From assembly GCF_035285525.1 (NCBI RefSeq), contig NZ_JAYKGW010000240.1:1-26871 (forward strand): a DNA stretch of 26,871 bases, given 5' to 3'. Positions within the stretch are counted from its first letter, which is position 1; every line of letters starts with the position of its first letter. The notes under the pieces are model-generated. The model worked only from the letters and a program-made list of their open reading frames with translations. It had not been told where the DNA came from and did no database searches. The translations under genes were made by a program, and so were the position numbers. Positions 1 through 8,490 of this stretch are shown piece by piece. The DNA is from Okeania sp. (GTDB lineage: Bacteria; Cyanobacteriota; Cyanobacteriia; Cyanobacteriales; Microcoleaceae).

Positions 1-1212
1 TCCTTTATCAGTTAAACGAACTTCGACTCCAGAGATACCTGCTTCACCTGCATCTTGTACACCATTAGCATTATCATCTCGGAAAATAGTATCACCGATA
101 GAACCTGTAGGAGCATCATAACCAAAATCTTGGTCTAAGTTATTTTCACCCGGTGCTAAATCTACCATAGACATATTGTCAAGTACAGCATCGGGGTCTG
201 CTGTTTGCTCTAAACCATCCAGAACATTATTTACATCTGTAACTTGAACTGCATAATTGCCAGTAACAACATTTTCAAACAAATAGTTACCATTAGCATC
301 TGTGGTTTGAGTATCAACAACTGTGTCATCTCCTCCACCTAGTTCACCATCAGCTCCTTTATCTATTAAGTCAACTGTGACACCAGCAATACCTGCTTCA
401 CCATTATTTTGTACACCATCTGCGTTTTCATCTTGGAAAACTGTGTCACCGATAGAACCTTTAAATTCCGATAAATCTACAGTAGTAACAATGATTTGAC
501 CATCTGGAATTCCATCACCATTATTATCGGGTACAAGGATGACAGCAACTTTGTCACCTGGTTGTTCAGGAACAAAACCCTCTCCATTTTGTTGAGCTAA
601 AGTTTTTATTTGATCGACATTAGCTTGGTCAAACCCATTGGAGAATGCTTCTAGTCCAAGTAAATCATCACTACTAGGAGGATCGTCATCCATTAGCTGC
701 CAAATAGCAAGCTGAATCTCACCAGTTGTAAAACTTGCTAAAGCATTACCTGTACCTGTGTTGTTGAGAATCCAGTTCACTAGGTCTAAATTCTCAGGAT
801 GCTCAATAATTCCTCCTAATCCATCATTGATAACAGCAGGATCATAGCTTGAGTAAACATTGGCACTGAAAGGTTGACTATTACCCTCATCATAAAGAGT
901 GTTTGGATCCACACCAAGTGCATCGCTCAAACTAGGAGCTGCAATTCCTGTTTCGCCATAAACACCATCATTATCAAGATCAAAGCCGTTGAAACCAAGG
1001 GGAAGATCGACATCAATACAAAAGGCATCAAAAGCTCCATTTAGTATGCCATTTGCATCTGTAATCTCTAAGTCAAAGTAACTAGGAGCGCCAACCCCAG
1101 GTCCTCCAGCGTTAAGATTAGGAAGTATAGAACTGGTGACTGTCACCTGACTTGGGAGCAGGTTGCCTAAATTTGTGATTGAATTGCTCATATTTGCGGT
1201 TGAACTGGTCAT
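1..1212 (-). CDS. Large surface/adhesin-like protein, N-terminal 404 codons only (continues past the left window edge). A ~215-aa N-terminal domain with thioester-domain-like motifs is followed by SdrD B-like (Cna-B-type) repeats.
   Basis: Absent from the ORF track because it is open at the window edge. The reverse complement of 1212..1 starts ATG ACC AGT and runs 404 codons without a stop: MTSSTANMSNSITNLGNLLPSQVTV...YFDLEITDANGILNGAFDAFCIDVDLPLGF...NLDLVNWILNNTGTGNALASFTTGEIQLAIWQLMDDD...KGSIGDTVFQDENADGVQNNGEAGIAGVTVDLID...TTDANGNYLFENVVTGNYAVQV...TGSIGDTIFRDDNANGVQDAGEAGISGVEVRLTDKG. The GxIGDxVFxDxNxNGxQDxGExGIxGVxVxL plus DANGNYxF module is the SdrD-B-like repeat. There is no obvious N-terminal signal peptide. 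An alternative ATG lies at 1191. Confidence 0.8.
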   Translation of the reverse strand, partial: MTSSTANMSNSITNLGNLLPSQVTVTSSILPNLNAGGPGVGAPSYFDLEITDANGILNGAFDAFCIDVDLPLGFNGFDLDNDGVYGETGIAAPSLSDALGVDPNTLYDEGNSQPFSANVYSSYDPAVINDGLGGIIEHPENLDLVNWILNNTGTGNALASFTTGEIQLAIWQLMDDDPPSSDDLLGLEAFSNGFDQANVDQIKTLAQQNGEGFVPEQPGDKVAVILVPDNNGDGIPDGQIIVTTVDLSEFKGSIGDTVFQDENADGVQNNGEAGIAGVTVDLIDKGADGELGGGDDTVVDTQTTDANGNYLFENVVTGNYAVQVTDVNNVLDGLEQTADPDAVLDNMSMVDLAPGENNLDQDFGYDAPTGSIGDTIFRDDNANGVQDAGEAGISGVEVRLTDKG

Positions 1213-1268
1213 TTTTAATTTTTAACTTAATTTGTGTAGTAGTGTTTTTCTGAATCAGAAAAATTGAT

Positions 1269-1437
1269 GGGAAGATGCTTTTTTTTACAAGAAAATAATC
1301 CAGGATAAACTTCTCGTAAATTATTCCTGGTTGCTAATTGTTCACTGAATATATATCTAACTCACTGGGGAAAAGATGCTTTTATTTACAAGAAAATGCA
1401 GAATAAATTACGATAAATTTATTCCTTAATTGCTTTA
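1269..1437. repeat. Two ~70-nt imperfect direct repeats upstream of the adhesin-like gene
   Basis: Copy 1269-1339 is gggaagatgcttttttttacaagaaaataatccaggataaacttctcgtaaattattcctggttgctaatt. Copy 1367-1437 is ggggaaaagatgcttttatttacaagaaaatgcagaataaattacgataaatttattccttaattgcttta. They lie 57-225 nt upstream of the minus-strand start at 1212. Confidence 0.6.
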
Positions 1438-1712
1438 TTTTTAACTCAACAAAGATTGCCAAAATTCTATGGCAAAAATTAACTGTCATCCACCTAAGTT
1501 GTACCAATTAATTTCATCAACTTAGGCTACATTTTTTATCTTATTAATCTTTAATCTTGAGAGCAAAATTGCCTCAAATAGATTTGGATAGAGGGCAAAT
1601 ACCATGATAGCCATATTTTTTATGGTTAGAAAAATTGTCTCCCCGACACGGAAATTAATTAATCAGGGGAGATTTTTTTCTTCAGTAATAAAACATAAGT
1701 TTTAACCAAAAC

Positions 1713-1916
1713 TTACTTTTGCTCTTTGTTAGATACTGCTGCGTTTTTCTTAGTAGTTAATAAGCCGATACCACCAACAACTAAAGTACCTAAAATAGTT
1801 GTAGGCTCTGGTACGGACACAGGAGCAGGAAGACCACCAACAGCAGCAGCAGGTAGAGAAGTGGAAGCAACAACAGCGATTGTAGCAGCAGCTAGAGACA
1901 ATGTATTTTTGAACAT
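1713..1916 (-). CDS. Very small PEP-CTERM sorting-domain protein (67 aa from the internal Met)
   Basis: The ORF-track 73-aa frame is used. The likely start is the internal Met (MFKNTLSLAAATIAVVASTSLPAAA, a signal-peptide-like N-terminus). The C-terminus VPEPTTILGTLVVGGIGLLTTKKN matches the PEP motif, then a hydrophobic helix, then a basic cluster, as in PEP-CTERM/exosortase substrates. Confidence 0.7.
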   Translation of the reverse strand: MFKNTLSLAAATIAVVASTSLPAAAVGGLPAPVSVPEPTTILGTLVVGGIGLLTTKKNAAVSNKEQK

Positions 1917-2533
1917 GACTTGATAGAACTCCATAAGATTTGCTTGATGTCATTATCTTATTCCGTTATTCTGAGGTGCTGCAAGAGGGAAAACGCATTT
2001 TCTCGACATCTTCATGGTATCTTCACTAATTATGCAGTTTTTCTTCATTGAATCTTTAAAAAAGTATCAGGGACATCTTTTAAGTATAATTATGTAGTGG
2101 GTATGTCCAGAAAATCAAAAAGTCGGTCTCAAAATTTATTGCTTTTACCTGATATCATATCCGGTTGAATAGTTACACTTTGGAGGAAGGAAGACAGAAG
2201 ACAGAAGGGAAAAAAAAGGTTCAAAGGAAAAAGTGTTTTTATCACTGATTATCCAGATTATGATATTACTCCTGGAAGAAATCTATATTTTTTTTTAACC
2301 TAATTACTTTTGTTTGTTAACTGTGTTAATACTTAAATATATAGAGCTTTGCCTTGTTATTAGTTTGAGGGTAATTAACAGCTTGACATAATTTATGATT
2401 ATCTGATGGAGATAGTTTTTATTATTAGACATCTCCAGATCAAGAGGGAACAGGAAGCAGGGATGAATAATTGATAATTTATGAATTTTTGGAGATGTCT
2501 ATCCATTATCAATTATCAATTATCCATTAAAAC

Positions 2534-3730
2534 TTATGCTTCATCTAGAGCAACAATACCAGGTAACTCCTTACCTTCCAATAATTCTAGACTAGCACCA
2601 CCACCAGTAGAAATGTGACTCATTTTTTCGCCTAAACCTAATTGTTCTACCGCAGCAACAGAGTCACCACCACCGATAATAGTGATAGCATCCTGCTTCT
2701 CAGCCAAAGTCTTAGCGATCGCTTCCGTACCCTTAGCAAATTTCTCCATTTCAAACACACCCATCGGACCATTCCAAATTACAGTCTTGCAGTCTCCTAA
2801 AGCATCTTGGAAAACCTTGGCCGACTCAGGACCAATATCCAGACCCATCCAACCATCAGGAATTTCTTCAATGCTAACAGTTTGAGTATTCGCTTCTGGA
2901 TCAAATTTATCAGCTACAACTACATCAGTAGGTAACAACATTGCTACACCTTTCTCTTTCGCCTTAGCTTCCAGAGACTTCGCCAATTCAATCTTATCGT
3001 CTTCAACCAAAGACTTACCCACACTTAAACCACGAGCTTTGTAGAAAGTAAAAATCATACCGCCACCCAAGAGCAACTTATCACACTTATCCAACAAAGC
3101 TTCGATAACACCAATCTTACTAGAAACCTTAGAACCACCAATAATTGCAGCCAAAGGTTTTTGAGGATTATCAATTGCACCTTGGAGGAATTTCAATTCT
3201 TTTTCGATTAAATAACCACCAACAGAAGGACTCAAATATTTAGTAACACCCTCGGTGGAAGCATGAGCGCGGTGAGCAGTGCCGAAAGCATCATTCACAT
3301 ATATATCTGCCACAGAAGCAAGTTGCTTGGCAAACTCTGGATCATTTCCTTCCTCTCCTGGGTAGAAGCGAACATTTTCTAGTAAAACTACATCACCATC
3401 TTGCATTGCTGCTACAGTAGCAGCTACTTCCTCACCAATGCAGTCGTCACATTTCTTAACTTCCTGACCCAATACTTCAGAAAGTCTTTCTCCCACAAGA
3501 GTCAGACGCATATCCTCATTTACTTTTCCTTTGGGACGTCCAAAATGGCTAGTCAAGATCACCTTTGCACCCTTAGAAATTAAATCTTGAATGGTAGGAA
3601 GAGCTGCCTGAATCCGAGTATCATCAGTAATACTACCATTATCTACAGGCACATTAAAGTCTGCCCGCATGAGTACCTTTTTGCCAGATAAGTCAGATGC
3701 TGATAAATTTGCTACAGTTTTTTTTGTCAC
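2534..3730 (-). CDS. pgk: Phosphoglycerate kinase
   Basis: 398-aa ORF with a typical Pgk N-terminus ([43 protein letters not shown]) and C-terminal [18 protein letters not shown]. Confidence 0.97.
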   Translation of the reverse strand: MTKKTVANLSASDLSGKKVLMRADFNVPVDNGSITDDTRIQAALPTIQDLISKGAKVILTSHFGRPKGKVNEDMRLTLVGERLSEVLGQEVKKCDDCIGEEVAATVAAMQDGDVVLLENVRFYPGEEGNDPEFAKQLASVADIYVNDAFGTAHRAHASTEGVTKYLSPSVGGYLIEKELKFLQGAIDNPQKPLAAIIGGSKVSSKIGVIEALLDKCDKLLLGGGMIFTFYKARGLSVGKSLVEDDKIELAKSLEAKAKEKGVAMLLPTDVVVADKFDPEANTQTVSIEEIPDGWMGLDIGPESAKVFQDALGDCKTVIWNGPMGVFEMEKFAKGTEAIAKTLAEKQDAITIIGGGDSVAAVEQLGLGEKMSHISTGGGASLELLEGKELPGIVALDEA

Positions 3731-3867
3731 AGGATTAATCTCCTAATATATTGTTTTATTAATGTCCATCAAATAGGGTTACTGGCCCATAAATGGATAA
3801 GATATACATTACAACAATTCGTTCACGGTAGACATTTTATCTGAGTCCGTACCGCAAAAATATTCCT

Positions 3868-4278
3868 ATGTTTAAAACAGTTCTATTTCCTGTAGACCGT
3901 AGCCAAGAAGCTCGCGGGGCTGCAGAAAAAGTGATTAACATTGTCCAAACATATCAGTCTCGCCTGGTATTAATGTCAGTAGTAGAAGTTGTTTCCGAAG
4001 GCCAAGAGCCATTTCACTCAGAAATGACTTCTTCCAAAACAGTTACCCAACTCTTAGAGGAGGCCAAATCTATATTTGCCCAGGAAGGTATTGAAGTTGA
4101 AACTGTCCAAAGAGAAGGCCATCCGGCTTTTACGATCTGTGATGTGGCTGATGAGATTGAAGCTGATTTAATTGTGATTGGCTGCCGAGGTACTGGTTTG
4201 ACAGAGGAAGGAGCTGGTGATAGTATTAGTAATCGGATTATTAATTTGTCCCCTTGTCCAATTTTAGTAGTTCCTTAA
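3868..4278 (+). CDS. Universal stress protein (UspA family)
   Basis: 136-aa ORF. It has an MFKTVLFPVDRS start and LIVIGCRGTGLTEEGAGDSISNRIINLSPCPILVV, which is the UspA ATP-binding G-x2-G-x9-G(S/T) region. It is divergent from pgk across a 137-nt spacer. Confidence 0.9.
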   Translation: MFKTVLFPVDRSQEARGAAEKVINIVQTYQSRLVLMSVVEVVSEGQEPFHSEMTSSKTVTQLLEEAKSIFAQEGIEVETVQREGHPAFTICDVADEIEADLIVIGCRGTGLTEEGAGDSISNRIINLSPCPILVVP

Positions 4279-4404
4279 TTCAGTTATCAGCTATCAGTCC
4301 AGTAAATGATGCATATATATGTAGGTTGGGTTGAGGGACGAAACCCAACAAAAACTTTATTCCCCTACTCCCTAATGCTAATGCACCATTTTAGCTGCGT
4401 CTGT

Positions 4405-4838
4405 CCAGTAGAGTGCGTTAGAGAAGCGTAACGCACCGCTCTCTATGGAAGCATAACCCACCCCCACAAATTATTTGGTAATCAATATCTATAGATGATT
4501 TTTGCATTAAATTATATAGTGGTGCGTTACGAAAGTGCGACTTTTCATGTCGCCCAGCGAAACGCACCCTACTGGATTGTTTCACCTAAAATACATTAGT
4601 AGGGGCGGGTTTGATCGGAAATTTTCATGCTTACTCTAAGATTTACACCGAACCCGCCTCGTTAGACGGTGGCTTATATCATAAGGGGGCGGGTGTATCT
4701 GACTTACTTATAAAAATTCGTTAACTTACTTGTGAAACCAGCCCCTACGGCTCCTGATTCTCTAATGCACAATTTTAGATGAAACAGTCCACTACTAGAC
4801 CAGCTAAAACTTGGGTTTGAAGACCAAACCCCTACAGT
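4405..4838. repeat. Cluster of nested hairpin/MITE-like dispersed repeats in a ~620-nt non-coding spacer
   Basis: Hairpins seen: 4405-4437 ccagtagagtgcgttagagaagcgtaacgcacc; 4521-4575 ggtgcgttacgaaagtgcgacttttcatgtcgcccagcgaaacgcaccctactgg (same family as 10221-10379, 16633-16744 and 23224-23302); ggggcgggttt...aacccgcctc; gggggcgggtg...ccagcccctac; and 4812-4838 cttgggtttgaagaccaaacccctac (related to 7796-7825 and 21735-21793). Confidence 0.65.
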
Positions 4839-4855
4839 TTTGCTAAGTATCTGAA

Positions 4856-4893
4856 CTTTTGACTTTTGACTTTTGACTTTTGACTTTTGACTT
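4856..4893. repeat. Short tandem heptamer repeat (CTTTTGA) x5 plus a partial unit, STRR-like
   Basis: Sequence is cttttga cttttga cttttga cttttga cttttga ctt. It ends 6 nt before the rbgA ATG at 4900. Confidence 0.95.
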
Positions 4894-4899
4894 CAAACA

Positions 4900-5754
4900 A
4901 TGATTATTCAATGGTATCCTGGGCACATTGCTAAAGCTGAACGAAATCTTAAGGAACAACTGAAACGAGTTGATGTGGTTCTAGAAGTTCGAGATGCTCG
5001 TATTCCAATTGCTACTCGCCATCCCCAAGTTTCTGAATGGGTAGGAAATAAGGCGCAAGTTTTGGTATTGAATCGTATGGATATGATTTCCTCTGAGGTC
5101 AGGAAAATGTGGACTGAATGGTTTGAAGGTAAGGGGGAAGTGCCTTATTTTACCAATGCTCAGTTGGGTGATGGTGTTAAAAATGTAGCTAAAGCAGCGC
5201 AGAAAGCAGGTCATGCTGTTAATCAGAGAAGGCGCGATCGCGGAATGTTACCCCGACCTGTTCGTGCTGTAGTCATTGGCTTTCCTAATGTGGGAAAGTC
5301 GGCTCTGATTAATAGACTTTTGAAAAAGAAGGTAGTTGAGAGTGCTAGACGTCCTGGCGTGACTAAACAATTAAGATGGGTACGCATTTCTGATGAGATT
5401 GAATTATTAGATGCTCCTGGTGTAATTCCTAGTAGGATTAAAAATGAAGAGGATGCGATTAAGTTAGCTATTTGTGAAGATATTGGGAATGCTGCTTATG
5501 ATAACCAGCAAGTTGCTGCTAAAATGATTGATTTTTTAACTTCTTTGGAAACTGATAGTAATGGTGTTGTATCTGCCTCTTGTTTAAAAGATCGTTATCA
5601 ATTACAACCTTATGATTATACAGGTGAAGGTTATTTACATGAAGTAGCAAATCAAATTTATCAAGGAGATGTGGAACGAATGGCAAGACGAATTTTGGAT
5701 GATTTTCGTAAGGGTTTATTAGGTAAAATATCTTTAGAGTTACCGAATAATTAA
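4900..5754 (+). CDS. rbgA: Ribosome biogenesis GTPase A (YlqF/RbgA family, circularly permuted GTPase)
   Basis: 284-aa ORF beginning MIIQWYPGHIAKAERNLKEQLKRVDVVLEVRDARIP. The G-motif order is permuted: NRMD (G4) precedes GFPNVGKS (G1) and DAPG (G3). Confidence 0.93.
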   Translation: MIIQWYPGHIAKAERNLKEQLKRVDVVLEVRDARIPIATRHPQVSEWVGNKAQVLVLNRMDMISSEVRKMWTEWFEGKGEVPYFTNAQLGDGVKNVAKAAQKAGHAVNQRRRDRGMLPRPVRAVVIGFPNVGKSALINRLLKKKVVESARRPGVTKQLRWVRISDEIELLDAPGVIPSRIKNEEDAIKLAICEDIGNAAYDNQQVAAKMIDFLTSLETDSNGVVSASCLKDRYQLQPYDYTGEGYLHEVANQIYQGDVERMARRILDDFRKGLLGKISLELPNN

Positions 5755-5835
5755 TAATTATTAGGGAGAGGTAATTATCCATTATCCATTAATGAACGCC
5801 ATATTAGAATAGGGAGAAAGGAGAAAGAAAAACTA

Positions 5836-6255
5836 ATGTCAGCCAGGAATTTTTTCCATCAAGAAGTTAAAAATGCTCTAATAAAAGATGGATGGTCAAT
5901 CACCCATGACTCATTATTTATTAGTTTGGGTGATGTAGATATGTCTATTGATTTTGGTGCAAACCAACTAATTGGGGCAGAAAAAGATAATCAAAAAATA
6001 GCAGTTGAAATTAAAAGTTTTTTAGCAAAATCATCGGCTATTTATGAATTTCATACGGCCTTGGGACAGTTTATTAATTATCGGGCAGCACTGAGACAGA
6101 ATGAACCTGAGCGAATACTATATTTAGCTTTACCCTTGATTATTTATAACAACTTTTTTAAACTTAAATTTCCTCAATTAGTACTTAAAGAAAATCAAGT
6201 AAAATTAATTATTTATAATCCAGAAATAGAGGTAATTACAGAATGGAAAAACTAA
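5836..6255 (+). CDS. xisH: XisH family protein (fdxN-element excision controlling factor homolog)
   Basis: 139 aa. It has the family-typical N-terminus (FHQEVKNALIKDGWSITHD), then KIAVEIKSF and HTALGQFINYR, and ends EWKN. It overlaps the next gene by 13 nt (ATGGAAAAACTAA). Confidence 0.88.
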   Translation: MSARNFFHQEVKNALIKDGWSITHDSLFISLGDVDMSIDFGANQLIGAEKDNQKIAVEIKSFLAKSSAIYEFHTALGQFINYRAALRQNEPERILYLALPLIIYNNFFKLKFPQLVLKENQVKLIIYNPEIEVITEWKN

Positions 6256-6578
6256 AAATACATCGTTATTTAGTTCAGGAACTTTTGTTAGAATATAGTC
6301 AAAATAAGCCTGCTTATGGAGAAATTGAAGTACAGACAATTTTTGATACTATACGAGATCATTATCAAGTTGTTTATATTGGTTGGGAAAAAGAACATTT
6401 GATTCATAATTCTGCGATTCATATTGATATTAAAGGTGAGAAAATTTGGATTCAATGGAATGGAACTGAATTGGATATTGCAGAAAAATTGGTGATGAAT
6501 GGAGTCGCTAAAAAAGATATTGTTTTAGGATTTCAAACCCCTTTTATGAGAAAGCTTACAGAATATGCTGTGGAATAG
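6243..6578 (+). CDS. xisI: XisI family protein
   Basis: 111 aa. It contains FDTIRDHYQVVYIGWE, IHIDIKGEKIWIQ and DIVLGFQTPFMRK. It is translationally coupled to xisH. Confidence 0.88.
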   Translation: MEKLKIHRYLVQELLLEYSQNKPAYGEIEVQTIFDTIRDHYQVVYIGWEKEHLIHNSAIHIDIKGEKIWIQWNGTELDIAEKLVMNGVAKKDIVLGFQTPFMRKLTEYAVE

Positions 6579-6582
6579 TTTT

Positions 6583-6688
6583 ACAGCGCTTTTCCTGCAC
6601 GGTAGACCACAGTAGCGACGTTGCATAAGGGCGTCCCTACAACGTTTTGGTTATGGCAATGTGGTTCGTCAAGAGCGAAAAGCGCTGT
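6583..6688. mobile_element. 106-bp MITE-like element with 12-bp perfect terminal inverted repeats
   Basis: acagcgcttttc (6583-6594) pairs with gaaaagcgctgt (6677-6688). The interior carries a partial copy of the gggcgtcccta palindrome family. It sits 5 nt after the xisI stop. Confidence 0.6.
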
Positions 6689-6695
6689 CAGGAGA

Positions 6696-6845
6696 TGGGG
6701 TGAGGGGGTGAGGGGGTGACGAAAAAAGCTAATCTACTGTAGTGCATTGTTTCACCTTAAATGATGCAATAGCTTTAGGTTACAAAAATGTTTCTTCCCT
6801 ACTCCCCTACTCCTGTTTCTCCCCCACTCCCCTACTCCCCTACTG
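6696..6845. repeat. G-rich and C-rich short tandem repeats
   Basis: 6696-6719 is ggggtgagggggtgagggggtga. 6797-6845 is cttccctactcccctactcctgtttctcccccactcccctactcccctact. Confidence 0.8.
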
Positions 6846-6874
6846 TATAATAAGCGATCGCCTCTGTTTTCCCC

Positions 6875-7216
6875 TCATCTAACTCCATCCTTTGCAAATC
6901 CTGTAAATTGTCGAATATAAGGCGCTCGAAATCCCAAAACAATATCTGTTTTTGGTACTCCTAATTCTACTAACTGATAAGCTAATCCTTCTTCTGTAAA
7001 ATCCCTTTGAATCCAAATTTTTCCATCTTTAATCTCAATATGAATTGGGCATCCATAAATTCTTTCTTCGTCACGCCATCCTAAAAATAATAATAAATAG
7101 CGCTCGCGTTATAAATCGAATACTATTTCTGTAGTTTCCATATCTTCTTCAGATTCTTCTTGAGCGTGTTGATTAATAATTTTTTGAATTAACTGGCGAT
7201 AATCTAGTTTTTCCAT
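6875..7216 (-). pseudogene. xisI-like pseudogene (one in-frame TAA, frame otherwise intact)
   Basis: The minus-strand conceptual translation spans 114 codons: MEKLDYRQLIQKIINQHAQEESEEDMETTEIVFDL*RERYLLLFLGWRDEERIYGCPIHIEIKDGKIWIQRDFTEEGLAYQLVELGVPKTDIVLGFRAPYIRQFTGFAKDGVR*. The stop codon lies at 7111..7109. It aligns with the intact XisI (FDT.RD.Y....GW, IHI.IK..KIWIQ, DIVLGF). It is missing from the ORF track because both halves are under 60 aa. Confidence 0.8.
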
Positions 7217-7602
7217 AATGTGCTCTCCTGTTTTTGCACATTAAAAACTAACAGTTTTATCTGATACCTTTCTCACACAGCTTGCACAAATAAATCTGAA
7301 AAAAAGTCTTGATAAATATCTGCAGGAATTGCTAAATAAAGCACCCATTCTAATGTTAACTGCTCTCATGCTAGACGATAGTTCAGAAATTCAGAAACTG
7401 CCGATCTACCAACAAAGCTTTTTATTTCTACTGCTATTTTTCGAGTGGATTTTTCTGCCACTATAAACTTTTCTGCTTTTAAATCTATGTTAATCTTAAA
7501 TTGTTGAGTTAGCTTCAGAAATAGAGGAGCTTTAGTAATTGTCTATCCATCTTTTTCTAAAGCTACTCGAACTGTATCATGAAAGATATCTTTTGCTGAC
7601 AT
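7204..7602 (-). pseudogene. xisH-like pseudogene (three in-frame stops plus a short in-frame deletion)
   Basis: The minus-strand conceptual translation spans 133 codons: MSAKDIFHDTVRVALEKDG*TITKAPLFLKLTQQFKINIDLKAEKFIVAEKSTRKIAVEIKSFVGRSAVSEFLNYRLA*EQLTLEWVLYLAIPADIYQDFFSDLFVQAV*ERYQIKLLVFNVQKQESTLWKN*. The EKDGW tryptophan codon is now TAG, and the HTALGQ segment of the intact paralog is missing. It keeps the same ATGGAAAAACTA overlap with the downstream xisI-like frame. Confidence 0.8.
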
Positions 7603-7827
7603 AATTCATAGTAATAATGGGAATTGAAAAATGTTGAGCTTATCCTGTGGATAAGCTACGCTAAAGTTTAATTGAAGTTTGAATTATTATTAAACTGTTG
7701 CTCTATTTGAGAAACTAAATTATGATTAATTTCACCACCTTTTATTAACCAATCATCTGTAAGTTTATCTATAAGCTGATCGTATAATAGTGGGTGGTGG
7801 ATTTGGAAACCAAACCCCTACCAACCG

Positions 7828-8490
7828 TTACAACAACCCCCGATAACGAATAAACAACAAAATAACTGCCCAGGAACCTAACGCCACCTTTAGTGCTACC
7901 AAAATATTCAATATCGGAATAATTCCCCCACTGACTAATTCTCCTAATTCTCCTTGGGGTAACTCTGCTCCCATGAGAGTCACTGCTGCTAATACAATAA
8001 ATATTAAAACTGAAATTTTTTCCCAGGTAGCAGCATTCCATTTTTTATAGATTTTCTCCATCTGTTCCGATGATGAAGTAATAGCAATCAAACCAATAGC
8101 AGTTCCTCCTGCTACCCCAGCAGCAAAACCACCACCCGGACTCAAGTGACCCCGAATAGCTAACTCAATACTTACCAACGCCGAAATAGTAGCTCCCAAA
8201 CGTGCTAAAACTCTGGAGGGGCGATCGCTAAATTGATAAACTTGTTCGGTTGGTTGTTCGTTCGCTAATAAAAAACGGACTCCCAAAATAGCGATCGTAA
8301 ATACTACGACTTCAAAAATTGTGTCATAGAGTCGATTTCTAAAAATGATACCGGAAACTACATTTGCGACTCCACTATCGGCAACTATTGATTCCACAAT
8401 AGAAATATCACTCACTTCTACTGTGGGGTTTGGCATAATTAGCACTTTGACAAACAATGCTATTCCGGCTAAAAAATACACCCATTTCAT
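7828..8490 (-). CDS. mrpB: Mrp-type Na+/H+ antiporter subunit B (MnhB domain)
   Basis: 220-aa polytopic membrane ORF. GVANVVSGIIFRNRLYDTIFEVVVFTIAILGV matches the MnhB N.V..I....R..DT..E motif. It is the last gene of the operon and shares base 8490 with the upstream gene. Confidence 0.85.
   Translation of the reverse strand: MKWVYFLAGIALFVKVLIMPNPTVEVSDISIVESIVADSGVANVVSGIIFRNRLYDTIFEVVVFTIAILGVRFLLANEQPTEQVYQFSDRPSRVLARLGATISALVSIELAIRGHLSPGGGFAAGVAGGTAIGLIAITSSSEQMEKIYKKWNAATWEKISVLIFIVLAAVTLMGAELPQGELGELVSGGIIPILNILVALKVALGSWAVILLFIRYRGLL

Noticed and set aside
1639-1680. Hairpin ctcccc-N21-ggggag followed by T-runs on both strands, considered as the terminator of the PEP-CTERM gene
   Set aside because: The stem is only 6 bp, with a 21-nt AT-rich loop. 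It is plausible but too weak to call.
1726-1953. ORFs 1726..1923 (+) and 1750..1953 (-) overlapping the PEP-CTERM gene
   Set aside because: They are alternative frames of the same ~200 nt. Only the 1713..1916 frame gives a signal peptide plus a canonical PEP-CTERM tail, and the Cys/Trp-rich alternative looks like a frame artefact.
2682-3583. ORFs 2682..2885 (+) and 3401..3583 (+)
   Set aside because: They are antisense frames within pgk.
5836-7602. xisHI genes as evidence that a developmentally excised (fdxN-type) element lies in this window
   Set aside because: There is no xisF-like recombinase, no interrupted gene and no element borders here. xisHI pairs are commonly scattered as stand-alone modules.
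7603-7827. Open frame without a start codon between mrpB and the xisH pseudogene (..LYDQLIDKLTDDWLIKGGEINHNLVSQIEQQFNNNSNFN*)
   Set aside because: It has only ~40 codons, no initiation codon and no recognisable family. It may be a gene remnant, but that cannot be supported.
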